Sequence record: NC_070882.1
Strand: one strand, 5' to 3'
Length of the DNA: 64,000 nucleotides
Shown here: in pieces, positions 30,318 to 39,786 of the stretch
Numbering within the stretch: the first letter of the stretch is position 1
How the letters are laid out: every line of letters starts with the position of its first letter
Translations under genes and position numbers: made by a program
The notes under the pieces: model-generated
What the model was told of the DNA's origin: nothing
What the model saw: only the letters and a program-made list of their open reading frames with translations
Database searches by the model: none

Positions 30318-30665
30318 CTACTCTATTTCGCCTAGGTAGTTTACCTCAGTTATTTCTTTTAAAAATTTAACGAGAATGTGTCGATGGCAAAACTTACCAG
30401 CTGGACAGTAACATCCTAGTGCAACCTTGTCCAACTCAGTCAGCCATTCGAAGTAATCTGGGAATGCAGCGTATCGTTCAGAGAGGATGTCCATATACGC
30501 ATCCTCATATTGCTCATCTGTAATGGCGCCGGCTTTATGTCCCATTACCATATTCCAGGTAGGGGCAAGTAATTCCTCACCACTTTTTATAGTTGTATCC
30601 AAAGGAAAGATATGTTTCTGTCTAACCTTTCGCCATTTAGCGATTTGATAAGTATAGACGTTCAT
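30318..30665 (-). CDS. DUF488-like protein (115 aa)
   Basis: LAPTW..V, F..Y...L and LGCYCPAGKFCHRHIL (C..CHR) pattern. Confidence 0.6.
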   Translation of the reverse strand: MNVYTYQIAKWRKVRQKHIFPLDTTIKSGEELLAPTWNMVMGHKAGAITDEQYEDAYMDILSERYAAFPDYFEWLTELDKVALGCYCPAGKFCHRHILVKFLKEITEVNYLGEIE

Positions 30666-30681
30666 TGGAATACCTACTTGA

Positions 30682-30710
30682 CATAGAGGGAGCTAATGCT
30701 CCCGTCTATG
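30682..30710. terminator. CATA..TATG hairpin element between co-directional minus-strand genes
   Basis: CATA-GA-GGGAGC-TAAT-GCTCCC-GTC-TATG. Confidence 0.7.
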
Positions 30711-30713
30711 ATA

Positions 30714-31106
30714 TTAATCACAACAACTGCTATCGCTACTTGAACCACTATCGGTAGTATCGCTAGAAAGGGCCACAGCAGCTCCTACAGCGAAGATTGT
30801 GTTGGACAGGTCCATATCCTCGGCTCCTCTACCAGAAGCGTAACCACGGCCTTCGGGGATCCTTAAAGGTTGAACCTGTTTTGATTTGTTTGCTCTATAG
30901 CGTTCGTACCATTCTTTTGCTGGGTCAGATAAAGTGGATCTATATTTTTCACTACCCATTTCAACGGCTTCGCGTGCCAAAGAGATCTGTTCGCATTTAC
31001 CCAAATCCCCGCGCTCGGCAGGGATAGGTTCAACGATCACAACTCCTTCTTTAGGCAGCTTTCGCTTTGGCCAGATCCAACGGAATAATCTTAGCACGTT
31101 CATCAT
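30714..31106 (-). CDS. Hypothetical protein (130 aa) with Ser/Asp low-complexity tail
   Basis: Overlaps the recA 3' end by 56 nt; GSSSDSSCCD terminus; ends at the hairpin. Confidence 0.55.
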   Translation of the reverse strand: MMNVLRLFRWIWPKRKLPKEGVVIVEPIPAERGDLGKCEQISLAREAVEMGSEKYRSTLSDPAKEWYERYRANKSKQVQPLRIPEGRGYASGRGAEDMDLSNTIFAVGAAVALSSDTTDSGSSSDSSCCD

Positions 31107-32490
31107 CAGTCATCCAGTAAGGTTTATAGTCACCGGTACGCATACGAAGAAGATCGTAGGTCGAAAGGAATTTCTTATCGGTGAGAGCTTCGTCTTCTTC
31201 ACACATCCAATAGCCACGAGTCGTATTCAGGATCATATCCCAATCATAACCCATTGCTTTCAGATCTTCGTACAGTGTCTTTGGATCACATACATCTTCA
31301 GCCGTCCAACGCTGGAACTGGATCAACTGAAGCATCTCAGATTGAATTTCAACAGCCCGACGAAGGGATTCGTTTTCCATAAGCTTCTTACGTACAGTGG
31401 TACGACTAAGCTTGATATCTGGGCAAAGTTCAATGTAGTAGTTCAGAAGGTTACCACCAATACCCCAACCATTTTCTTTGCAGTAATGGAACTCAGTGAG
31501 CGAAGGAAGTACACCTTCAGTCTGAGAAACTACGATATGGAAAGGAAGGCCAGTAATACCACCTTTACCACGAAGGTTCATTACCTCCAGAATCTTAAGA
31601 TCGGTATCCCCTTCCATTGCGGTAGAGTTATCGATCGGATACAGAGGCATCTTCTCTTTGTTAACAAGAGGTTTGTTAGACTCGATAGAGAATACGTTGT
31701 TAGGCAGCGAATAGAAGCCAGAACTAACGCCTTTAAGAACCGTATCCTTCTTCATGTGGGAAAGATTACGTTTATCAGTCGGGTACATCTCCATTTGGAT
31801 GATGTCACCAGTGTGCGCAGTCAGTACGATATAAGTACCGGTCTTAGCACATACCTGAGGCAATTGGTTGAACAACTGGTTCTTAGCCTTACCATTAGTC
31901 ATGGCATCGGTGTTGTTACCAGATGCACCGATAGCATTCTTCTCGTACATATCCGATACGGCAGTAACGATAAACTTCGAGAAACTATCGATCAGGCCAG
32001 TTGTCGGGTACATGCATTTCTTGTTGTTACCTTCAACATCAAGGAACGGAGTAGTGCGCTGATATTCTTTTTCTGCTTTCTCTTTCTCACCAAGTGCTGT
32101 ACGGAAGAGTTTAAAGAACTCATCGCCAGTATATCGAGAAAGGTCAGTGAACATGAATTGCTCGTCATGTTCCCAATCGATCTTTTGCAGATCACTGAAT
32201 TGAGCTGCAAGACTACTGAAACGTGCAACCGGGTTCAAGGTACCCTCGGTATCATAGATCATGCCATGGGAACCCGGCATAGCTCGACGAACCATCGCTA
32301 GCATATACACCGCGAGTGCAGTTTTAAAGTTGTTAGGTCGAGATGCGATACCGGTCATCGGACCGAGACCACCGTTACAGATCATCTCGCCGTGTTTACC
32401 TTGTTCATATTTACCAGTGGATACATCCATCAGGCAGCCGATATTAACCGCCGGGCGGAAGGCCGGACGTTGGAAGTGTTTAGCGAACAT
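31051..32490 (-). CDS. uvsX: UvsX/RecA-like recombinase (479 aa; gp152-like)
   Basis: Degenerate Walker A SRPNNFKT, YDTE motif, Walker B LIDSFS, LTAH motif, NLRGKGG. Confidence 0.85.
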   Translation of the reverse strand: MFAKHFQRPAFRPAVNIGCLMDVSTGKYEQGKHGEMICNGGLGPMTGIASRPNNFKTALAVYMLAMVRRAMPGSHGMIYDTEGTLNPVARFSSLAAQFSDLQKIDWEHDEQFMFTDLSRYTGDEFFKLFRTALGEKEKAEKEYQRTTPFLDVEGNNKKCMYPTTGLIDSFSKFIVTAVSDMYEKNAIGASGNNTDAMTNGKAKNQLFNQLPQVCAKTGTYIVLTAHTGDIIQMEMYPTDKRNLSHMKKDTVLKGVSSGFYSLPNNVFSIESNKPLVNKEKMPLYPIDNSTAMEGDTDLKILEVMNLRGKGGITGLPFHIVVSQTEGVLPSLTEFHYCKENGWGIGGNLLNYYIELCPDIKLSRTTVRKKLMENESLRRAVEIQSEMLQLIQFQRWTAEDVCDPKTLYEDLKAMGYDWDMILNTTRGYWMCEEDEALTDKKFLSTYDLLRMRTGDYKPYWMTDDERAKIIPLDLAKAKAA

Positions 32491-32588
32491 TGATATTACC
32501 TTTTAGTGATTAGCCAATCACTTTATTGATATTGAGAGTAATTTTATGTTTAGAGAATTCGCAACTCTTGTGCCATAGGAAAACAACC

Positions 32589-33557
32589 ATGATTAAAAAT
32601 GTTCTTAATAAATACACTGAGAAGGTCTCCAATGAAAACGTCCAGACTGATGACGTTATCTTTGATAGTTCTCAGAATAAGTTCTTCACTGAGGGTGATC
32701 CTCAAGCAGCAGAGCAAACCCCTGAAACAGAAGTTCTTCCTGTAGATCAAACTCCTACAGACAAACTATTCGATGCTCTGGGTACAATTTCCACTGAAGC
32801 TGGTTTCATTGGTAATGTTTCTAATTGGTTTGCCCGTAAAGTATCCAATATGGGAGTTCATATTAAAGACGGTTTCCGTTATCTGACTACGTGGAACTAT
32901 GATCCGCTTCTACCTCTTAATCCTCTATCCATGAAAGGCTTTGTGGCTACTCTGGATTATTTCGAAGTTGAGAAAGAGATTGTTCCGCAACCAGCTGGCT
33001 TTAAAGGCGAAATGCTTCCATATACCGCTGGTCTGGTATCGCGTGCACAGGTAATGGCGCAAGTAGTAGAGAAGGTTATTCGACCCGCGACATCTCGTTT
33101 TGGTCATTATCTGACTACTCCTGAAGATCGTGCAGAACGTCGAGACTTCCAATACGGTATCGATATTGATAAATCGATTGACCAGCTTATTAAAGAAGAC
33201 GCTCAGTTCTTTGCTAATAACCGCCAGTCAACTGTTGCATTTGGTAAGATTTACAGTTCGATGAATGACTTCTATGAATCTGAACAACATATGTTCGAGA
33301 TTAATACCATTCTTAAAGGTGGTGAAACCTCTACCGTTAAGAGTGCAGTAGAAGCATTAAGTCAAACCGTAACTGCTTTGATGGAACGGATCGGTAAAGA
33401 AGGCGATATCAAAACATCCAGCGAGTTCGCTAAGATGATGTCTGAGGAACTAACCCAAGTAGCTAAGTGGGTAGAGTGGTTCTCCATTCAAATGACACGA
33501 ATTATTGAAACCAATAATGTCTTAGCTGAAACAGAGAAACATCTTCGTTCTCTGTAA
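32589..33557 (+). CDS. Internal head protein with cleavable propeptide (about 322 aa; gp153-like)
   Basis: AGGA RBS before ATG 32589; acidic N-terminus ending ISTE-AG; TATG at 32545. Confidence 0.6.
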   Translation: MIKNVLNKYTEKVSNENVQTDDVIFDSSQNKFFTEGDPQAAEQTPETEVLPVDQTPTDKLFDALGTISTEAGFIGNVSNWFARKVSNMGVHIKDGFRYLTTWNYDPLLPLNPLSMKGFVATLDYFEVEKEIVPQPAGFKGEMLPYTAGLVSRAQVMAQVVEKVIRPATSRFGHYLTTPEDRAERRDFQYGIDIDKSIDQLIKEDAQFFANNRQSTVAFGKIYSSMNDFYESEQHMFEINTILKGGETSTVKSAVEALSQTVTALMERIGKEGDIKTSSEFAKMMSEELTQVAKWVEWFSIQMTRIIETNNVLAETEKHLRSL

Positions 33558-33562
33558 GACAA

Positions 33563-33594
33563 CATATTGCCCCACCTAATGGTGGGGCTTTATG
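33563..33594. terminator. CATA..TATG element between convergent genes
   Basis: CATA-TT-GCCCCACC-TAAT-GGTGGGGC-TT-TATG. Confidence 0.8.
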
Positions 33595-33597
33595 CCG

Positions 33598-34008
33598 TTA
33601 AGCTGTCGCCTGACGTTCCTTCATGCAATGGTGTACTAATTGCTTAAGTTCTTTAACGAAAGTTTCCTTGTCTGTATATAGAAGCCAGCAGGGAGTCTTT
33701 CGAGCGATCCTTTCGAAGTACTTGTCAGATTCAAGATCAACCTTCTCGATAGGGAGGATACCTTTCCAAACGTAAGGTCCAAATAACGTTGGTAAGCGTA
33801 AGGCGCTTTCATCCCTCACGAGACGCATCACTGAATTAAGCGAAGATATCCGCTCGCATTCGTGATCGCGACACTGCACCAGTGCGGCATGCAATGACGC
33901 CATTACGCACATCCGTTTGAAGCCGTTATCCAGGTGATTCCAGATGAAAACCCAGAATGTCCTGAATGGATTTTCATCCAGCCTCAAGAATCTGCTAATA
34001 AGGCTCAT
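33598..34008 (-). CDS. Hypothetical protein (136 aa)
   Basis: ORF directly downstream of RNase H. Confidence 0.7.
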   Translation of the reverse strand: MSLISRFLRLDENPFRTFWVFIWNHLDNGFKRMCVMASLHAALVQCRDHECERISSLNSVMRLVRDESALRLPTLFGPYVWKGILPIEKVDLESDKYFERIARKTPCWLLYTDKETFVKELKQLVHHCMKERQATA

Positions 34009-34018
34009 GAGTTACCCA

Positions 34019-35464
34019 CTATTTTTTCAAAATGAACTGTGTGTACGGTGCTTCATAGATGGCAGAACCATCATCAGTTACAAACACAGTCGAGTATGAA
34101 TAGGCTAACGGACCCGTAGCTACAATCAGTACTTCCACTTTAACACCCTCGCAGCTGATTCGAGCGAGTTGGTTACGAGAAGGAATATCGATTGTCAATG
34201 CCAATCGGAGTGATACCTTCTGTCCTTTATAATCGATAGGAATATCGAGATATGGTGTATTTTGAGTGATAGACTTCTTAAGTTGGGTTACCGTCTTCTT
34301 ACCGCTCTGTACAGTTTCATACAGGTGATCGGTAATGTCGATTTTATAAACCGACTCTCCTATCGTTCCCGCCGTGTATTCCGCCAAACGACGTTCCAGC
34401 ACGTTAAACATGCTTACCGCATCGTTAGCCATACGTGGTGGGTTGAGAGTCCTACTAATGAGACCCATATCTGGAGTTGCAAGAACAAAGATGTCATCAA
34501 AACGTACAAGAGCATCAAGCCCAAGTGATTCGATTTGCTGGCGTTGCTTTGCTCCACAAGCATTACCCAGATTGAGAATACCGAGTTCTGGGAGGTCAGT
34601 CCCAAATGCTTTCGTATGTAGCTCAATTAGATTCTCTAAATACTCGTCGGGTTCCCGAGATTTATAGACTCCAAAGGTTGCTTCGGAAATCCTTCTCCCA
34701 AGTAGCAAATCTGCTTTGGCCAATTTATCTTTGGCAGTATCCCTAGGACGATGGCCCGCATTATGCATACTTCCGAGGTTGTACATGTAGTAGGTCCCAT
34801 CCGAGGGTTTCCCACTATTAATTCCAAAGAGCAGACGGGATTCCAGGATCAGTGGATTCATCTGAACTTTTTTCAGCTTGTTGATGGCATCGCCTTCAAC
34901 CTTAACTGTTTTAGGTGTAACCGAAGCACCGCCTCCGCGTAGCGCATTGACGTCAGCCTTCTCGTTGCCTATATCTCCCGAATGGCCTTTAACCCATTTG
35001 AGTTCCAGTTTGCGGTCGTTCTTAAGCCAATCCATCTTTTGCTGGTTCAGAGCAATCCATAGATCTTTGTTGGCTACAGGATTACCATCTACCTTAACCC
35101 AATTGTTTTTTATCCATTTTGGGAGATAAGATTCGAGACCTTTTCTGACATACTCACTATCCATAAGCATGGTTAGTTTAGTAGCCTTAGAGGCATCTGC
35201 AATCTTAAAGCCGTTAATCGCCGCACTAAGCTCAGCGGTGTTGTTCGTCGGATTATCGACTACCTTACCGAAGGAGTCGATATATTCAATAACCGTACAA
35301 GTATCCTCGGCACCGACATCCTGATAACCCGATGCAGTTGGCTGCTGTTTTGTAGCAGCTTTAGACTTCATCGGTGTATTGGTGTAAGTGTAACCATGGA
35401 CTCCCCAACCAGCTAGACCTTGACGGAATGATCCATCTGTGTATAGCACTATACCGTCGCACAT
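34019..35464 (-). CDS. rnhA: RNase HI with long C-terminal extension (481 aa; gp155-like)
   Basis: YTDGS, TNNTAEL, DSEYV, NKDLW and WVKGHSGDIGNEKAD motifs. Confidence 0.92.
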   Translation of the reverse strand: MCDGIVLYTDGSFRQGLAGWGVHGYTYTNTPMKSKAATKQQPTASGYQDVGAEDTCTVIEYIDSFGKVVDNPTNNTAELSAAINGFKIADASKATKLTMLMDSEYVRKGLESYLPKWIKNNWVKVDGNPVANKDLWIALNQQKMDWLKNDRKLELKWVKGHSGDIGNEKADVNALRGGGASVTPKTVKVEGDAINKLKKVQMNPLILESRLLFGINSGKPSDGTYYMYNLGSMHNAGHRPRDTAKDKLAKADLLLGRRISEATFGVYKSREPDEYLENLIELHTKAFGTDLPELGILNLGNACGAKQRQQIESLGLDALVRFDDIFVLATPDMGLISRTLNPPRMANDAVSMFNVLERRLAEYTAGTIGESVYKIDITDHLYETVQSGKKTVTQLKKSITQNTPYLDIPIDYKGQKVSLRLALTIDIPSRNQLARISCEGVKVEVLIVATGPLAYSYSTVFVTDDGSAIYEAPYTQFILKK

Positions 35465-35506
35465 TGTTTTTTACCTCTGTCAACAGACTCTTAACTAAAG
35501 TATAAA

Positions 35507-35917
35507 TCAGTCGAGTTTTCTTTGACAGTGATCCAACCACTTTTGGTGGGCTTGCTCTATCTTGGATCGTTCGGCAACATTGTACGCACGAAGTTCGGCT
35601 ACATACTCCGAGAGTTTCCGATCGATTTCTTCTGAAGACTGCGCACTCGCTAATTCTTCTTCGTTCGGTTTCTCGGGGAGTAAAGCAGCACGTGGGAGTA
35701 CAAACGGTTCACAGCTTGCTAACGGACGCTTTTGTTCTGTGACAGGTGTTTGTATAACTCGTTCTTTCACTTCCGTTATTGTTTTAATTTGCGGCTGGCT
35801 AAATTCCCAGCTGGAAGTTGTCTCTTGCTGAACCACAGTCTGTGTGGTGTACCTCGGTGCATAAATAACGCAACCAGAAAGAGTCAAACAAAGTACTAGT
35901 AAATATTTTTTAGACAT
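35507..35917 (-). CDS. Lipoprotein (about 136 aa)
   Basis: MSKKYLLVLCLTLSG-C lipobox; Pro-rich linker; C-terminal coiled coil; two further Cys. Confidence 0.7.
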   Translation of the reverse strand: MSKKYLLVLCLTLSGCVIYAPRYTTQTVVQQETTSSWEFSQPQIKTITEVKERVIQTPVTEQKRPLASCEPFVLPRAALLPEKPNEEELASAQSSEEIDRKLSEYVAELRAYNVAERSKIEQAHQKWLDHCQRKLD

Positions 35918-35943
35918 GTGGTTCACCTACAGCCCATTAAAGG

Positions 35944-36231
35944 TTATTTCAGAATTTCACCCAGAAGCTTTCGCCTGGCTTGAAGCGATTCGACAGAGTC
36001 TACACCGCATACACATTCCGGACGTTGTTTCAACTTCCAGTTCTCTGACTTAACATCATTCAACTCGCCGATAGTTAACATGAGCGACATGGCCAAGACC
36101 AGTACCATCGCAAACATAAACGTAACGTGCTTGTTTTCCAGCATCACTTCACGGACAGTACGATCACCGAAGATCGCCCGTTTCAGGAAGGGCCACAACA
36201 GGAGCAAGGCTTTTGCAGTTAAACTGAGCAT
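35944..36231 (-). CDS. Small membrane protein (95 aa)
   Basis: GAGG RBS; two hydrophobic segments, then coiled coil and CxC. Confidence 0.7.
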   Translation of the reverse strand: MLSLTAKALLLLWPFLKRAIFGDRTVREVMLENKHVTFMFAMVLVLAMSLMLTIGELNDVKSENWKLKQRPECVCGVDSVESLQARRKLLGEILK

Positions 36232-36420
36232 GATTTCCTCTGTTCAGTTAGACATTGCGCCTACCCATAAAAGCCGTGGATGGCTGAGATCAATAGACAT
36301 TAAAGACAATATACTAACCGTTTAAAAGCATTAGTATACCCGACGTTTTAAATAAGCACAAGCGGAGTGACTGATTTTATAGATGGAAGACCATCGATCT
36401 CTCGCTCATGAGGATAGCAC

Positions 36421-37728
36421 ATGTACAATTTGAAAGGCTTTTACAGCTTCCCTGCACTCATTTCGAATGCACCTGAAACTGTAGCGAAGCTCGGCGAACT
36501 TTCGTCGAACAGCGCAACCTATGCAAAGGACAAGACTTTCCACACCGGTACGTCCGCACCAAACGTTGTTTTTATTTCTTTTCATAGCGTAAAGGATGGA
36601 AACGTTGTTGATGTTGCTGGTAACAACAAAGATCAAGTTCTTAAGCTAGGTGAATATATTTATCAACAGTCGATTTCTGGTACGATCGGTTCCGATCCTA
36701 ACGTACTTCGTCAACTGGTGATGGCAGAGTTTAATGGGGTTATCCAAAGTTTCCGTAGTGGTCAAATGATTTCTAACGGTAGCATTTGGATGCCAGAATG
36801 GGTTGAATTCGTATTAGTTGGTTCTGAAGCTAACCAGATGAATATCTGGCTTGCAGATGAATCCTTTGCAGCTCAGTACGACGAATACATCATCGAGATC
36901 GTACATCCGATAATTCCGTATGACGATTTCTTTAAAGATCCGCTTATTGTTAAGCAGCTACTGGACGATTATGATCTCGTTGAGAAGATCGAAGAAGTTC
37001 AGGCTAAGCGGGCACAATATCCATATACACATCAACGGGCATTCATGTTTGAATACCATAATCCCCGTGATGATTCTATGCGTTTCCCCGCCTATTGGAT
37101 TGCAATCGTCTATGGCGAGGCTGGCAACAACCCTGACCTCATCAAAGACAAGATTGTAGAGGAACTACTGGCTGACTCTGCACATCCACGGACAGATTGG
37201 GAAGTTATTCTTCCAGACCTGTTCATGACAACTGAGTTCATCTTTACTCCATTCTGGAACCAGTATTCTATCGAACAAGCCGATTATCGAGCTGGTACCT
37301 ACAGTCCTACTGTAGACCATCGTAAACGACTTCCTTTGATTCGTCGAACTGCACGTGGGCCAGGTTATACTCAAACCTACGTAGACAATAAATTCGAGCT
37401 GTCTTCGAACACATACAAATCCATTGCCTTCTCCGTATTGGGTAACCCTCAAAACAGGAATGGTATTACACAGTTCTCGCAGAAATTTAAAGATTATCAG
37501 TTAGTAACTAACGATACTGGGGATATCAATAAATCGTCGCCTGAAACAATTGAATGGATGATGTTGTTCTCGAAGCTACTGAAAGCAGCCGAAGGGATGA
37601 CTCGCTATAGCTCTGTTCCACAAGGGGTGTCTCGCATGATTCGTGATAACGTGATTTATGCAAGCGCATACTTTAAGAACGTTAACTACATGGTTGTAGC
37701 TAAAGCTAGCGTAGAAGAATTATCCTAA
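36421..37728 (+). CDS. Virion structural protein (435 aa; gp157-like)
   Basis: GAGGA RBS; synteny. Confidence 0.6.
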   Translation: MYNLKGFYSFPALISNAPETVAKLGELSSNSATYAKDKTFHTGTSAPNVVFISFHSVKDGNVVDVAGNNKDQVLKLGEYIYQQSISGTIGSDPNVLRQLVMAEFNGVIQSFRSGQMISNGSIWMPEWVEFVLVGSEANQMNIWLADESFAAQYDEYIIEIVHPIIPYDDFFKDPLIVKQLLDDYDLVEKIEEVQAKRAQYPYTHQRAFMFEYHNPRDDSMRFPAYWIAIVYGEAGNNPDLIKDKIVEELLADSAHPRTDWEVILPDLFMTTEFIFTPFWNQYSIEQADYRAGTYSPTVDHRKRLPLIRRTARGPGYTQTYVDNKFELSSNTYKSIAFSVLGNPQNRNGITQFSQKFKDYQLVTNDTGDINKSSPETIEWMMLFSKLLKAAEGMTRYSSVPQGVSRMIRDNVIYASAYFKNVNYMVVAKASVEELS

Positions 37729-37731
37729 AAA

Positions 37732-37764
37732 CATAAGGGAGAGGGGAAACCCTCTCCTTTTATT
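37732..37764 (+). terminator. Intrinsic terminator (CATA on left side only)
   Basis: CATA-AG-GGAGAGGG-GAAA-CCCTCTCC-TTTTATT. Confidence 0.75.
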
Positions 37765-37775
37765 AGGGGATACAC

Positions 37776-39350
37776 ATGCGTCAAATTTCTATTTCACTTG
37801 CCGATAACCCTATCGGTGCTAGTCCATTAGTTGGACTTTATAAAGCGATTAACGCTAAATATTCCAGCCTAGGTCTGACCAAAGCAAACTCTCGGGTTAT
37901 TAGAGTACAACCAGCAGCAACTAAAGAAAGACCCAACCAGACAGTAGTGTTTATTCAGAAGGGAACTTCTTATGACACTATTTACGATTTTTATTACGAT
38001 CGTTTTAACCTAAACGATTTTATTGAGAATCCATACTGGACGGCTTCTGAAGTTGAAGAACTCCAACAGATGGAGAACTCTACTGAAGTCCTTGGTGAAG
38101 TGGCTCGTAAATCGACTTTGAATTTAACAAAATCAGATATTTGGGTTAACGATACTTCTATCGATTATACCGGTGGACAAGTCGGACCTAACTGGTTATT
38201 AAAGTCTATTTACAACTCACTGTATTTTACCGGCGAACTAGTTCTTTGGTTACATTCAGGTGGAGATGGTCCTGGTCCAGAGCCTGAACCTACAGATGGT
38301 TTCTATGAACATATCTTCGAAGGTTCGATCTCTAATTACATTACTGGTACATTTGGTAACCCAGGTTACTATGTATCTCTTAGTGTACAACAGAATGGTA
38401 ACCGTGTTTATGTACTCGAACCAATTCCTGAGGGTGAGAAGGTACCTACACTGAACTGGCCTACCTACCATGAAAATGATCCAGCTACACTTGTACCTGG
38501 ACATGAATGGATTATTATCAATAACTCCGGACATGAGATCACATTTGATCCAGAGGGACTTAGTCGTAATAAATTCCTCTTACCTGCATGGAATGTAATC
38601 GCAGTTAAACAGGGTGGGACTATTCGTGGTACTGCCATCGGTTGGGATAATAATACCAATCAATGGATTTGGGCAATTTCTGGGGATATTGTTCAAGGTA
38701 AAACTGTAGGTAGTTCTATCATGGATGACTTGATTAGTTGGTATGCCATGGAAGGGATTGCTACAGACTCACACGGCGGTCATAACTTCGGATTTAACTC
38801 TGAAAGTACGATACCTGGTAAAGTTGGCCAAGCACTAAGTGGTATAAAAGCTTCCGGTGCTGAAGGTAACTTCGGTAGCTATAATAGTGGTACGGCAATG
38901 TTTGGTTGGTTTAAAGTAAATAACCCAACCGTAAGTCAGGAATATGTATTGACTCTTGGTAAGTTTGGCGAGTACTATGGCTGTAAGTACGGCTTATCGT
39001 ACAGAGGTTCCAACGGCTGGAGAGGATTCTCTCGCAATGCTGCTAACACAGAGACTACTGTATCTACTGGCGGTCAACACATGGGTAAAGGAGAATGGCA
39101 ATTCATCGTTCTTCAAGTAAAAGATCGATTCCTTGAAATCTATGTTGACAATGGTAATCCGATACGTAAAGAAATTCCATTACCAAGTAGTGGTTCTTAT
39201 GATGGTCTACAGTTCGGAGAAATCTTTAGTGATTCCAAGTTTGATGGTGCTGTGGATGAAGTTGGATTATGCTGGCGACCGCTAGAGAAAGAAGAGATCG
39301 CGTGGCTATACAACAATGGTCAAGGTCGTACTTATGAAACTCTTGTTTAA
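37776..39350 (+). CDS. Virion appendage protein: YxYxRLxL domain, PE linker and LamG/concanavalin-like lectin domain (524 aa)
   Basis: FYYDRFNL; GPGPEPEPTDG linker; WQFIVL..LEIYVD..FDGAVDEVGL..RPLEKEEIAWLYNNG. Confidence 0.7.
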   Translation: MRQISISLADNPIGASPLVGLYKAINAKYSSLGLTKANSRVIRVQPAATKERPNQTVVFIQKGTSYDTIYDFYYDRFNLNDFIENPYWTASEVEELQQMENSTEVLGEVARKSTLNLTKSDIWVNDTSIDYTGGQVGPNWLLKSIYNSLYFTGELVLWLHSGGDGPGPEPEPTDGFYEHIFEGSISNYITGTFGNPGYYVSLSVQQNGNRVYVLEPIPEGEKVPTLNWPTYHENDPATLVPGHEWIIINNSGHEITFDPEGLSRNKFLLPAWNVIAVKQGGTIRGTAIGWDNNTNQWIWAISGDIVQGKTVGSSIMDDLISWYAMEGIATDSHGGHNFGFNSESTIPGKVGQALSGIKASGAEGNFGSYNSGTAMFGWFKVNNPTVSQEYVLTLGKFGEYYGCKYGLSYRGSNGWRGFSRNAANTETTVSTGGQHMGKGEWQFIVLQVKDRFLEIYVDNGNPIRKEIPLPSSGSYDGLQFGEIFSDSKFDGAVDEVGLCWRPLEKEEIAWLYNNGQGRTYETLV

Positions 39351-39356
39351 GGAGGA

Positions 39357-39779
39357 ATGATGGCTACGATGTGTGTTAGTTGGCCAGAGATCATCACCAT
39401 GGATCTTTCTGGTGCCAGCGCAGGTGGAGAGACTGTAAGCAATAGAAAGGATATTTTGAGTAGTACACTGATTTTAACCGGTGGTACTTTCGATGGTAAA
39501 GATAAAGCTAATGGAAATTATAATGACGCGTTTATCTTCTACCTGGATACTCCAGATATGCCTGCTGGCCAGCGTGTCCGATTTAAAGTTTTCAACCATA
39601 GCGAACGTTCGATCATATTCAACGTCCCAGAGAGATGGCTTGGTAAACGAAATGGTATTCAACTAGTTATCCAACCTGGTAACGGAGTTGAGATTCTACG
39701 TGTAGTCTGGATTGATGAAGATACACCGATTATTCGATGGATCATGCGTGGACCACATTACGAATTCAACAACATGTAG
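39357..39779 (+). CDS. Hypothetical beta-rich protein (140 aa)
   Basis: GGAGG RBS; resembles the middle domain of 37776. Confidence 0.65.
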   Translation: MMATMCVSWPEIITMDLSGASAGGETVSNRKDILSSTLILTGGTFDGKDKANGNYNDAFIFYLDTPDMPAGQRVRFKVFNHSERSIIFNVPERWLGKRNGIQLVIQPGNGVEILRVVWIDEDTPIIRWIMRGPHYEFNNM

Positions 39780-39786
39780 GTGTTAT

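Noticed and set aside
30934-32301. 455-aa plus-strand ORF
   Set aside because: In-register shadow of the UvsX gene; no recognisable features
31051-32490. Degenerate Walker A in RecA as a sign of pseudogenisation
   Set aside because: The ORF is full length with the other motifs intact; I recall this variant as typical of phiKZ-like UvsX proteins
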